Positions 28,622 through 38,214 of a stretch of DNA of 64,000 nt are shown piece by piece; within the stretch, counting starts at the first letter, position 1, and each line of letters begins with the position of its first letter. The notes beneath the pieces are model-generated. The model was not told the origin of the DNA, ran no database searches, and saw only the letters and a program-made list of their open reading frames with translations. The stretch spans positions 1-64,000 of the IMG/VR virus record IMGVR_UViG_3300045999_010033. One strand, 5' to 3'. This DNA comes from a virus. The translations under genes were made by a program, and so were the position numbers.

Positions 28622-29524
28622 TTAAATTAAGAAATTGGTAAATACATTGAACTGGTGTGTTATGATTTCATCAGCTTCAATATCTTTGTAAGAGTTTGTT
28701 GTTATAATTTTATTAAAATGTGGAGTAAGTACGTCCAAACCGGCGGAGAAGATACCGTGAGTAACTACCAAATAGATTTGAGCCGTAGGTAATTGTTCAC
28801 GTATTGCTTTAGCCAATTCAATAAAGGTACGTCCTCCATCACAAATATCATCAATGATAACATACTTTAATGGTACATCTGTCTTACTAATCGGTAGATT
28901 CGGTACTTCCGTTTTTATGATTTGCCCCGTCTTTATATCACGGATTTTATTCGCCGTAGCAATTGATTGAACTCCCAATGCTTTAGCTACATCAAATGTT
29001 TTTTTGTATGCGCCGGAATCGGGGCTTATCAAACATAATTCGTCTGGATTAAAGGTTGAGCCTGATATTTTGGATACAGCGAAGTTGATAAATTGATAGT
29101 ATGTATTGGTTGCTTTTTTAAGTCCATTCACACACGCTTCAATTACATCCGAATGTGGATCTAATACCTTAACCCTATCAAAGTCCAAAGAGTTGATAAC
29201 TGGAGAAATAACATCTTTTACATAATTGATTCCACCCTCAACAAATTTTCTATCGGAACGAGCTCCTATAAAGTAAGGAACTGATAAATCAATCTTCATT
29301 GTTTTGTTCAATCCTCTAATTGCTTTCACTCCACAAATAATCAATTCCAAATCGGAAAAGTTATTTAGACGAGATACTATCGTTACATTAGATGTACCAT
29401 GTCGGATTTTATCATGTTCGGAATTGGGAATTTCTAAACTTTGCTGCCCATCGGGGAATTTTGATACCTTATATAAAAGGTTTTCTATTCTATTTGCTGT
29501 GGGATTTGTAAGGTCTAATTTCAT
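28622..29524 (-). CDS. ribose-phosphate pyrophosphokinase family protein (Prs-like; candidate ADP-ribose pyrophosphokinase Adps)
   Basis: 300 aa; 'VIIDDICDGGRTF' PRPP-binding motif; immediately upstream of the NAMPT-like gene. Confidence 0.6.
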   Translation of the reverse strand: MKLDLTNPTANRIENLLYKVSKFPDGQQSLEIPNSEHDKIRHGTSNVTIVSRLNNFSDLELIICGVKAIRGLNKTMKIDLSVPYFIGARSDRKFVEGGINYVKDVISPVINSLDFDRVKVLDPHSDVIEACVNGLKKATNTYYQFINFAVSKISGSTFNPDELCLISPDSGAYKKTFDVAKALGVQSIATANKIRDIKTGQIIKTEVPNLPISKTDVPLKYVIIDDICDGGRTFIELAKAIREQLPTAQIYLVVTHGIFSAGLDVLTPHFNKIITTNSYKDIEADEIITHQFNVFTNFLI

Positions 29525-29529
29525 AACTT

Positions 29530-29733
29530 TTATTTTTGTTTGTTTTTACCAAGTAATCGAACTCCTGTCACTTCATCGGTCCCAACACACGAAACCGGCA
29601 TGCCATCATCGTAGACAGTGCCTATATTGAACTGGACATTATCTATATCGTATTTGTCCGAAAAATGGTCTTTCAATATTTTTCTAACTTCGGTCGCTGT
29701 TAGTTCGATTGTTATATCTTCTCTGATTTTCAT
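29530..29733 (-). CDS. hypothetical protein
   Basis: ORF track. Confidence 0.4.
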   Translation of the reverse strand: MKIREDITIELTATEVRKILKDHFSDKYDIDNVQFNIGTVYDDGMPVSCVGTDEVTGVRLLGKNKQK

Positions 29734-29912
29734 AAACTATCTTTAATTGTATTTATAAGGAATGTAATTAATAACCATATTAAAAGAATAAGGAGTACAC
29801 CAAGAACTGCTATTATAACCATACCTAATACTCTCGGACTAGTTAATCCAAGTATTAAGAGTATTACCATTATAATTGCTGCTAATACGCCGGAGTTTTT
29901 GAGTAGTTTCAT
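29730..29912 (-). CDS. small membrane protein
   Basis: Two TM helices. Confidence 0.4.
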   Translation of the reverse strand: MKLLKNSGVLAAIIMVILLILGLTSPRVLGMVIIAVLGVLLILLIWLLITFLINTIKDSL

Positions 29913-29918
29913 AATTGT

Positions 29919-31145
29919 TTATTTTTCGTGTTTCAATAAAAAAGTATTTGATATTACTTTGAATGAGATAGTTCTATCTAAACTACGAATCACTACACCC
30001 TCCCTATCAAAGTTTGGATTAAGTACCGATTTAGCATCAGCGTAACTCAACAATTCACTCACATCATTCGGTAAGATAAAGTTTGTATCTAAAACCGGCA
30101 CAGTCTCCAACCCAAAGGTATGTTCCATCGTAGCCATAAACATCGGAAGGCCATAATAGGTTTGGTTATCAATATCAAAGATGTTAAAGAACCTTACGGT
30201 CTGACCTTTTATCTTATATGGATTACCCTGAATACCCTCACCGATTAACTCACCCTGAATGGAAAGGTTCTTACCATAACTCCTAAGTTTGTTTTCCAAG
30301 TCAAGCTCTCTAGCCACCTTCCAAAATGTGTTTTCCGTTTTAGGTCGTTCAATGCCATCATCACACATAACCATACCGGGTACGAATGGTTCAGGTTCAC
30401 TCAATTCCAAATTACGGCTACACACTCCAAACACACCATCTTTGTAATAGAACGTTGCTGAACTACCATCAAGCTTTTCCGTTACATAGAACTGATGCTT
30501 TGATTGTAATCTCCAGCCTTCATATTCTTTTGTTAAGTTTTGTACACGCTCTTCATCGGTCTTTCTAATGAATGATGGGAACAACCCTTTCACTTTGCCG
30601 GATAGTTCGGCCGGTATTGGTGGCTCATATTTAGTGATACCCAACCTTTCAGTTACATCTTCACCGTCTACTATGGTGATAAGTCCTTTATATAATGTAC
30701 TATCTAACATAGTAAGTGGTAACAACAAACCTTGTGAAACCTGTCCACGCAATCGAATCGTTTTCAATCTGAATCCCTCACTACCATCTTTCATTTTCTT
30801 ATATGAAGATTTACGAAGAAACTCAAACTCATCACAAATCGGTAAGAACGAATCAACTTCACAATAAACACAAAGGTCACCCGGCTTATACTCGCCCTTT
30901 TTAGTTACTACCTTCCATCCGCCAACAACGGCAACTTCGATAGCATCCGCACCATCAATCGGTTGGATATCGGTAATCGTTCTTATACTTGCTAACTTCC
31001 TATCGGTCATAATTACGGAATTTTGTTCGTTTACAAATCTATCATTTTCGGTGAATCCGGCTGAATCGTATTCCGGCACATCATCTTCACTCATTGCTTG
31101 TAAGGCCATATCTTGCCATTCTTTCATTTCATCTTTCATATCCAT
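29919..31145 (-). CDS. ATP-dependent RNA ligase family protein (KxDG nucleotidyltransferase)
   Basis: Motif I 'TEKLDGSSATFY'; 408 aa. Confidence 0.55.
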   Translation of the reverse strand: MDMKDEMKEWQDMALQAMSEDDVPEYDSAGFTENDRFVNEQNSVIMTDRKLASIRTITDIQPIDGADAIEVAVVGGWKVVTKKGEYKPGDLCVYCEVDSFLPICDEFEFLRKSSYKKMKDGSEGFRLKTIRLRGQVSQGLLLPLTMLDSTLYKGLITIVDGEDVTERLGITKYEPPIPAELSGKVKGLFPSFIRKTDEERVQNLTKEYEGWRLQSKHQFYVTEKLDGSSATFYYKDGVFGVCSRNLELSEPEPFVPGMVMCDDGIERPKTENTFWKVARELDLENKLRSYGKNLSIQGELIGEGIQGNPYKIKGQTVRFFNIFDIDNQTYYGLPMFMATMEHTFGLETVPVLDTNFILPNDVSELLSYADAKSVLNPNFDREGVVIRSLDRTISFKVISNTFLLKHEK

Positions 31146-31330
31146 TATTTTATTTTTGAAGCGTTGTTATCTAATGGATGTATTGTGTTGCAATTTTGAC
31201 AACCTATATAAACAATCTGATATTTTTCATTGGTATCATCATCTACTTCGGTTGAAATTTTGTAATCAAACATATCGTTTTGACCACAATTACCACATAT
31301 GATGTGTAATTTAGAATGTGCCATAATAAT

Positions 31331-31681
31331 TTATTTTCCATAACCAACAAAACCAATTTCAAGTTCTTTTACATAACCTTTTTTCACTAGGTGCGGATAT
31401 ACATCATTCAACCAAAAGTTTTGAACTCTATCCAATTCCTTACTTATTTGGGCATGCATTTCATCCATTCCGAATCCAAATCCGAATCCATATCCAGATA
31501 CCGATTTACCGATTTCTTTCAGAGCCGTTTCATCATCATCGTTATACGCTTTATTGATAGCCTGAAATATATTCTCTTTCATTTCACTTGCTACCTTATC
31601 GTTATGTTCATACATTTTATCATTCCACGGCCTCGTAATCTCAATACCATACTGATTACCCAATACTTTTACCTTACTCAT
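31331..31681 (-). CDS. hypothetical protein
   Basis: ORF track. Confidence 0.45.
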   Translation of the reverse strand: MSKVKVLGNQYGIEITRPWNDKMYEHNDKVASEMKENIFQAINKAYNDDDETALKEIGKSVSGYGFGFGFGMDEMHAQISKELDRVQNFWLNDVYPHLVKKGYVKELEIGFVGYGK

Positions 31682-31692
31682 ATTTTTATATT

Positions 31693-32520
31693 TTATTTTT
31701 CGTAAACACTAAATGTACTATTCATAGGAATGATGAACGGATTGTTAGCCGTATCAATTTTGTTGCGAACCTTTTTGAATTTCAGTCCAACAATAACACC
31801 CGGCTCATCAATGTATCTCATATCGTATTCATCGCCATCAATTACTTTGTAACCCATAAATGTGGAAGGGAGTCGTTTACCTTCAAACACCATAGCTACA
31901 CGCCCTTTCCTTTCACTCAACAATCTTTCACAATCAATCATATTGTATCCGCTGAACGAATATGTGAGGTCATAGTTCGAATATTGATTTAACAAACGAA
32001 AACGTTTAGCCACCTTTGTATAATCATAAAAGGTAACGTTAGAAAACCACTCCAATATATTCTTACCATCCAATTTGAAAGATTGAGGGTCAATATCAGA
32101 TGTACCATTTATCCTTACCGAAAAACGATACCCAAGTGTATTGGCTTCCAAATGTGCTTTGGTGATTTCGGTAACCAACCATTTCATAAAAAACTCACGA
32201 TGTTCAAAGAACAATTTTGTTTTAGCGATACGAGATTTATTGATACGATTTTCTTTCACATCAATACGATTGTGACCAGATTCGGCCAAACACGCATCAC
32301 GACATTCTTTCGTACTCATTGGACACACATTGTATCCACTCACAGACGCGGGAGCAAGATACAGAATATAGGTACGTTCATTGTACTTTAATCCTTTAGC
32401 GATTTTAGATGAAGATGCTACTGAACCAAGATAGGAAAGGGCAGTCAGTTTTTTAGCTTGAGAAATGTTTGTAAATACCATATTCATAATGTGTGATTTT
32501 TTAGACATAGTGGGTCTCAT
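31693..32520 (-). CDS. hypothetical protein (likely true start at second Met, MSKKS)
   Basis: First 4 codons lie inside the conserved promoter repeat; 275 aa. Confidence 0.5.
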   Translation of the reverse strand: MRPTMSKKSHIMNMVFTNISQAKKLTALSYLGSVASSSKIAKGLKYNERTYILYLAPASVSGYNVCPMSTKECRDACLAESGHNRIDVKENRINKSRIAKTKLFFEHREFFMKWLVTEITKAHLEANTLGYRFSVRINGTSDIDPQSFKLDGKNILEWFSNVTFYDYTKVAKRFRLLNQYSNYDLTYSFSGYNMIDCERLLSERKGRVAMVFEGKRLPSTFMGYKVIDGDEYDMRYIDEPGVIVGLKFKKVRNKIDTANNPFIIPMNSTFSVYEK

Positions 32521-32662
32521 TGTGTGTTACCACACAAAGTTAGGGCATTTTGGGGACATTTCAATGGGCGTTTTGTTAAAAGTTTTCGAAATTTTTGGGG
32601 ATTTTGTTAGAAATTATCAAATAGCCATTGATAATCAACGTGTTATAACTGGTTGATTTTGG
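32505..32662 (-). promoter_or_regulatory. conserved upstream repeat copy B
   Basis: See copy A. Confidence 0.6.
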
Positions 32663-32756
32663 GGAAAATAGGATTTTTATTGAGAATCAATTGATTACAT
32701 ATGTAAAAATACTATAATAAAAAACGGATGAGCATTTACGCCCATCCGTCACATAG

Positions 32757-32990
32757 TTAGTTTTCGATCTGTTCATCTTTTGAGAATAATTCCTCATGGT
32801 ATTTTTTAAATGAATCTCTTTTATTCAAAGGATGATCATCGTGCCATTCACCAATTTCTCTATGTTCCATCTTTACAACATGGGGTGATATACAATAATT
32901 CGGATAACGTTGATTTTCTATCACTACGGGAATATCATCGCCCACTTCATCGAAATCCACAATCATAAGTTCAACCTTGTAAACTCTCAT
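32757..32990 (-). CDS. hypothetical protein
   Basis: ORF track. Confidence 0.4.
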   Translation of the reverse strand: MRVYKVELMIVDFDEVGDDIPVVIENQRYPNYCISPHVVKMEHREIGEWHDDHPLNKRDSFKKYHEELFSKDEQIEN

Positions 32991-33005
32991 AATTTATATT
33001 TTTAA

Positions 33006-33503
33006 TTAAACGTTTTGTTCTAGCTCATCAATGTAATTATCCCAACGTTTCAATTCAGCCACTTTTTTTATTCTACAATTTTTCAAATAATTGTTTATGT
33101 ATCCGATAATGTTACCAGCTCCAATCGGATTGGCGGAATGAACATAAATATCTGGGATGGGAATACCAGTATCCATACTATATTTAACCAACCACTTTGC
33201 GCAATCGTATCCGGTCTTTTCAATTATGTTATCGTAATCAATTTTGTAATTATCTTTCACGTTTCTATAATATTCCAAAATAGCGGATTCACCCAAATCG
33301 TGGTCAAAAGAAATCCTTTCAATATTTTCCAAACCATACTGATGTACTGCCATACAAAATTCATCATAACTACGAACAACAATCCAATTTTGATCCATTG
33401 GTGTTCTCATATCATCAAGATATAACCAAAATGTTTTTTTCATATAACTGTTTTTATTTTTACATATGAAACTCCAACTCCGCAGTATCAAAGTTGTAGT
33501 CAA
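33006..33503 (-). CDS. hypothetical protein
   Basis: ORF track; 3' end overlaps next gene. Confidence 0.45.
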   Translation of the reverse strand: MTTTLILRSWSFICKNKNSYMKKTFWLYLDDMRTPMDQNWIVVRSYDEFCMAVHQYGLENIERISFDHDLGESAILEYYRNVKDNYKIDYDNIIEKTGYDCAKWLVKYSMDTGIPIPDIYVHSANPIGAGNIIGYINNYLKNCRIKKVAELKRWDNYIDELEQNV

Positions 33504-34245
33504 AATTTATCGGAGGATTAACACATTCGTATCTGATATTAAGATTACTTGAATTGAACGTTTGGCAATCGTACCAATCTTTCAGTCCGATTACTTTGTG
33601 CCCCATGCCCTCATGAATATGTCCACAAAAATGTAAATGGGGTTTCACTTCACGCACTCTATGATAAAGATCGGCGCATCCAACATTTTCATTCGTGTTC
33701 AATGTTCGGTCGTTGTATCCATACATCGGAGTATGTGTTATGAGTATGTGAGTATCCATAGGAATCAAATTCCAATGTTCATTCATATCATATCCTCTAT
33801 CCGAATTAAATCCCCATCCACTTCCGAAGCTTGGTGAGTATGGAGAGCCCCATATGTTTATTCCTTCAATACAAACTGAACTATTTTCTAAATAGTGTAC
33901 ACCATTTTTCAGATTACCGAGTAATGTTTTTAACCAATGCGGCTTATCATGTTGAGCAAGTTTAACCCATTCAGTATTGTATCCATTGAATATGTGTCTA
34001 TCAATCCATTCCGACTTAACACGAAACTTTCTTTCACTATCGAACACAATGTCGTGATTACCGGCTATGAATACTTTGTATTTGTATGGTTGGTCGGATA
34101 ACCAACCGATGAAATCTTCTACTTCATCTTTTCTACCGATACTAGTGAAGTCGCCGGAATGAATAAGTATATCGCCACCGGGCAACGTCAACTCACGATG
34201 ATATGTGTGAGTATCGGATATTGCTGTTATGCGAAACTTTTTCAT
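33460..34245 (-). CDS. calcineurin-like metallophosphoesterase
   Basis: 'ISDTHTYH', 'GDFTS', 'GNHD' motifs. Confidence 0.6.
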   Translation of the reverse strand: MKKFRITAISDTHTYHRELTLPGGDILIHSGDFTSIGRKDEVEDFIGWLSDQPYKYKVFIAGNHDIVFDSERKFRVKSEWIDRHIFNGYNTEWVKLAQHDKPHWLKTLLGNLKNGVHYLENSSVCIEGINIWGSPYSPSFGSGWGFNSDRGYDMNEHWNLIPMDTHILITHTPMYGYNDRTLNTNENVGCADLYHRVREVKPHLHFCGHIHEGMGHKVIGLKDWYDCQTFNSSNLNIRYECVNPPINFDYNFDTAELEFHM

Positions 34246-34371
34246 AATTTATAATTTCATTAAATGATTTCACTCATAAATATACATTTAATTTATAGTG
34301 TTACCAAACTTGTCTAAATAAAAAAAGCAGGGAAGCCGAAGCCTCCCTGCGTATATGAATCACCAAACCTA

Positions 34372-35667
34372 TTACCAAGTAATAACCGTATCATCGGCCT
34401 GCTCTTCGGTAAAGAGAGCCTCTTCTTTTTGTTCAGCCTCTTCCGTCTTGATGTACTTCTGAATGAGCTGTTTCATAAACACACGCTCACTATCGAGTCC
34501 ACCATCGTTACTGAAGTATGGAAGGATTGCGATTTCAGCCGCCTCCATAAGAGAGAAGCCATCGTAAATCAAACCAGCTGCCTCCACATTCACACGCGAA
34601 GAAACGATAGTCGATACTTTACTCATATCGGTCTTAATCATTTCACGAGTGGTGCTAGCGATTTCAGCGAGAGCGTTCAGAGAATACTCATCGGCTTCAG
34701 GGAATTTGAACTTCAAAAGAGCAAGTTCGTTTTCCTTATCCAACAGGTCCATCTCAATCGTAACGAAACGGTCCATAATGGCACGGTCCATAATACGAGT
34801 CGAGGTGTATTCGTTACCGATGTTAGCGGTAGCGATGAAGGTAACACCATTAGCAACTTTGATAACCGGTGAACCTTCTGCCTCATCAAGACGAAGATAA
34901 CGCTGACCGGAATCAAGAACCGTCATAAGGATGTTCCACGCTTCGGGGTGAGCACGGCTAATCTCGTCAAGCAGGATGATTGCGTTCGGAGTGCTGATAG
35001 CCTTCACAAAGGCGGATTCGCTGAAGAACGTTCCATTCTCTTTGTTGAAGTGCGTATTACCTACAAGTGTTGCGCGTGGGTCCTGCGTAGCACCAAGGTT
35101 GAAATAAAAATCGGGACGTTTCAGAGAACGAACCAATGATTGAGCTGCAAGTGTCTTACCACAACCGGTAGGTCCGACCATCATAATGTTCTTACCACGA
35201 ACGGCAGAACGAATAAGATACTTCCATTTCAATTCGGTAATGAAAAGACCGGCGGGTTTAAGTTCCTTACCGGCTTCATGGATGAACTGCTTCAACTGCT
35301 CATGCGTTTCAAACGCCTCACTCACGGAGTTAACTTCGTTTTCCTGAATAGAAACTGCGGCACGTTTGAACTCATCCATATCAACAAGTTTGTAAGCAAT
35401 CTTGCCACTCGCTGTAACGTACCCACGAAGTGCCTTGCCTTCATCATGTGCTTGCTTCATTTTGGCTTTGGAAATACCGGGCACTTTAGCGGCAGGTTTA
35501 CCATTGGTATTCATCAACGCAAACGATTCTCCGAACTCAACGACCTGATAGAAATCATTCGTGTACTCAATCGATTTTTTAGCAGTTACACGCTTAGTGG
35601 TTGAACGCTTAACACTCTTTGCTGCAGTTTTACGAGATGCAGTGCTACGATTTTTTCTGATTGCCAT
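34372..35667 (-). CDS. CobS-like AAA+ ATPase (MoxR family) with basic N-terminal tail
   Basis: Walker A 'GPTGCGKT', Walker B 'ILLDEISRA'; adjacent to vWA protein. Confidence 0.6.
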   Translation of the reverse strand: MAIRKNRSTASRKTAAKSVKRSTTKRVTAKKSIEYTNDFYQVVEFGESFALMNTNGKPAAKVPGISKAKMKQAHDEGKALRGYVTASGKIAYKLVDMDEFKRAAVSIQENEVNSVSEAFETHEQLKQFIHEAGKELKPAGLFITELKWKYLIRSAVRGKNIMMVGPTGCGKTLAAQSLVRSLKRPDFYFNLGATQDPRATLVGNTHFNKENGTFFSESAFVKAISTPNAIILLDEISRAHPEAWNILMTVLDSGQRYLRLDEAEGSPVIKVANGVTFIATANIGNEYTSTRIMDRAIMDRFVTIEMDLLDKENELALLKFKFPEADEYSLNALAEIASTTREMIKTDMSKVSTIVSSRVNVEAAGLIYDGFSLMEAAEIAILPYFSNDGGLDSERVFMKQLIQKYIKTEEAEQKEEALFTEEQADDTVITW

Positions 35668-35709
35668 AAAATAACTGTTTATTGGTTGGTGATTATAATT
35701 TTATTTATA

Positions 35710-37863
35710 TTATTTTTTAAGAAACATTTCATTCATTGTCTTTGCTACTTCAAACATATTTTCAACGTTCACAAATTTAGCACCATCGCTGTAGGAACGT
35801 TTGAATATATCCCAATCTTCACTTGATTCAAATCGAGATGAGCGAATATCAGTGATGAAGTAGGATAGTACTTGAATACCCATTTCCCCCATACGCTTTA
35901 CTTGCTCGCGAGTGTGTACTGCCGCAGTATTACCTCCATAGTTCAGTTGGTTTTCACCATTGGAAATACTAAAGCAAGGTTGTCCATCGGAGAAATTCAG
36001 AAAATAACTATCCATATCATTCGATTGTGGAATAAGATACTTTTGAATCGCCTCAAAACAAAGTCCTTCCGGCGTAGTTCCATGTGGACGAAGAATTGAC
36101 ATGTACTTACAAAGCTTTTTCAAGCTATCGTAACGGCTATTGTATACCATACATACCCACGGCAATTCGGGGCTACCCGATGTAGTACGAATGGATATTT
36201 GTACATCAATGTTTCTAGCCATAATACATGCTTTGGCAATGGCGACAACTGCGGTGACGGTACGACGCATTTTTTCTCCCTGCATTGAGCCGGAGTAGTC
36301 AATTGATATGTGTAAGTTCACTTTTTTGTATTGGTCAATATGATGATTGAAAAATACACTCTCATTATCATACCCCAATGATGCAATCATACGTTTATCA
36401 ATCCTACCACTTTTAAGGCGACTGAATATAGTCTCACGGCTTTCGGCACGAACTTGTAGTTTCTTACCGAGTAATGTACCGAGTTGAATACCACGTTGAA
36501 CTTCTGCTTCATACTTTTTGTGAATCGCACCATCATACCCACGTGTTGAACATGGGAAATCTGAAGATTCAATCATATTATCGGTAAGACGTTTCACTAC
36601 GATACAATCTACACCTTTACCAACAATACGACCATCTTCGGTCAACTTCATACCAACTTTGGTCAGTTCGGTATCCGATTCTTCGATGTTCTCAAGACTT
36701 TTCAGTTCGGTCTTGCTTACATATTTTTTCTTAATTTTCCCATTCAGAAATTCTTTTTGTTTTTGAATCTTCTTTTTGAGTTGTTCAAGTGCTTTGGGGC
36801 TCAGACGAACTTGCTTACCTTTGGTATCACCATCGGATTCAACTACATCATATCCATCCAAATCATCAATAGTTTCACCATCACCACCTTCACCATCACC
36901 TTCACCATCTTCATCTTCTCCTTTTACTTTTTGACCATCTGCTGGTTTTGTATATTTCAACATTTCTGCAGTAACATCAATGGCCAAGCTCAAAGAATCG
37001 GCGGATGATTTGAGTCTACTGATGTTTTTAAGGTCAAGCAGTTGTGCAATCGTGCGAAGACCTTTCAGTTTACTCAAACTCGTTTTCTCATTGAGAAGGT
37101 TTACGATGCGGAACAAATACGAATCAATCGTTTCGTCGGTGAACTCATCGGAATCGATGCCTTTCGTAACAATTTTATCGTTGAAATAATGTTCATACAT
37201 AGATACATAGTAATCACGATACCCCGGCGCAGTTTTGTAAATCCAACTATCAATACGTCGGTCTTCAATCCAATTACTAAGATTCATAATGAATTGATAC
37301 AATTCCTCCGTCAGTTTAGCACGGGTACGAATCTTACCATTCGGATGGAACATCGCGTATTTTTGTTTGGAATACGCTCCACCGTCAAATCTAGGATTTG
37401 ATTGAAACTTGGTCACATTATCTGCCTCACCTTTGTGATCGAGTACCGAATACGCCATTTTGCTATCCGAAAATTCTCTCAACATTTTGAAATCAGAAAG
37501 AACGATATGTGAACCTTCGTGCAGTGCCAAACCCACCGATACATCGAAGTTATCATCAACATCGGCAGAAAGAATAACCTGCTGGCCATCGGTTTTGCTA
37601 TCCGATTTGGTAGCGAACGTTACTGGGATTTTCTTTCCGGTTACAATCTGAACAAAGTTTGCGATTGCTCTACGAACCGAAGCGAGTTTGTAAAGGTTAG
37701 CAGATTTTTTCATAATCTGAACTTCATCCTTTTTGTACCCCCAATCGGTGTACCGGTCATAATAGTCAAATGACCTTTCATAATCATCATACCAATAAGA
37801 TGAAGCATAAGATTTACTCCACTTATCGGTTGCCTTTTGTTTCAGGCGCGTGTAATATCCCAT
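35710..37863 (-). CDS. CobT-like von Willebrand factor A domain protein
   Basis: 717 aa; MIDAS motif 'DYSGSM' in C-terminal third; acidic linker. Confidence 0.6.
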   Translation of the reverse strand: MGYYTRLKQKATDKWSKSYASSYWYDDYERSFDYYDRYTDWGYKKDEVQIMKKSANLYKLASVRRAIANFVQIVTGKKIPVTFATKSDSKTDGQQVILSADVDDNFDVSVGLALHEGSHIVLSDFKMLREFSDSKMAYSVLDHKGEADNVTKFQSNPRFDGGAYSKQKYAMFHPNGKIRTRAKLTEELYQFIMNLSNWIEDRRIDSWIYKTAPGYRDYYVSMYEHYFNDKIVTKGIDSDEFTDETIDSYLFRIVNLLNEKTSLSKLKGLRTIAQLLDLKNISRLKSSADSLSLAIDVTAEMLKYTKPADGQKVKGEDEDGEGDGEGGDGETIDDLDGYDVVESDGDTKGKQVRLSPKALEQLKKKIQKQKEFLNGKIKKKYVSKTELKSLENIEESDTELTKVGMKLTEDGRIVGKGVDCIVVKRLTDNMIESSDFPCSTRGYDGAIHKKYEAEVQRGIQLGTLLGKKLQVRAESRETIFSRLKSGRIDKRMIASLGYDNESVFFNHHIDQYKKVNLHISIDYSGSMQGEKMRRTVTAVVAIAKACIMARNIDVQISIRTTSGSPELPWVCMVYNSRYDSLKKLCKYMSILRPHGTTPEGLCFEAIQKYLIPQSNDMDSYFLNFSDGQPCFSISNGENQLNYGGNTAAVHTREQVKRMGEMGIQVLSYFITDIRSSRFESSEDWDIFKRSYSDGAKFVNVENMFEVAKTMNEMFLKK

Positions 37864-38025
37864 AATTTAATAGATTTTTTTGGTTTGTGTGTCGATACAC
37901 AAATTTACGACAATTTTTTCAAATAACAATGGCTTTTTAAAAATATTTTTTAAGGCACTGAGAATCAATGAGTTATGTATATAACCCTGATGTAATGTAT
38001 AACTCGTTGATTTCCAATAAGCGGG

Positions 38026-38214
38026 TTATAGTGTGAAGTCCTCGTCGGAATCCACACCTTTTACCTTCATAGTTTTTTGAGGACGATTTCCAATCACTGT
38101 AATTTTTGTTGTTGGTGTAGAATTTGTTTTGTTACGCGTGTTGATGATATCTTTCAATTCAAGAATTTCTTTTTTGATTTCATCTAACAATTCTAAAACT
38201 CTTTGTTCGTTCAT
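38026..38214 (-). CDS. hypothetical protein
   Basis: ORF track. Confidence 0.4.
   Translation of the reverse strand: MNEQRVLELLDEIKKEILELKDIINTRNKTNSTPTTKITVIGNRPQKTMKVKGVDSDEDFTL

Noticed and set aside
29919-31145. Calling 29919..31145 a DNA ligase
   Set aside because: The KLDGS motif without the following Arg (KxDGxR), the size, and the presence of a clear T7-type DNA ligase at 41042..42154 favour an RNA-ligase/nucleotidyltransferase assignment. This remains uncertain.
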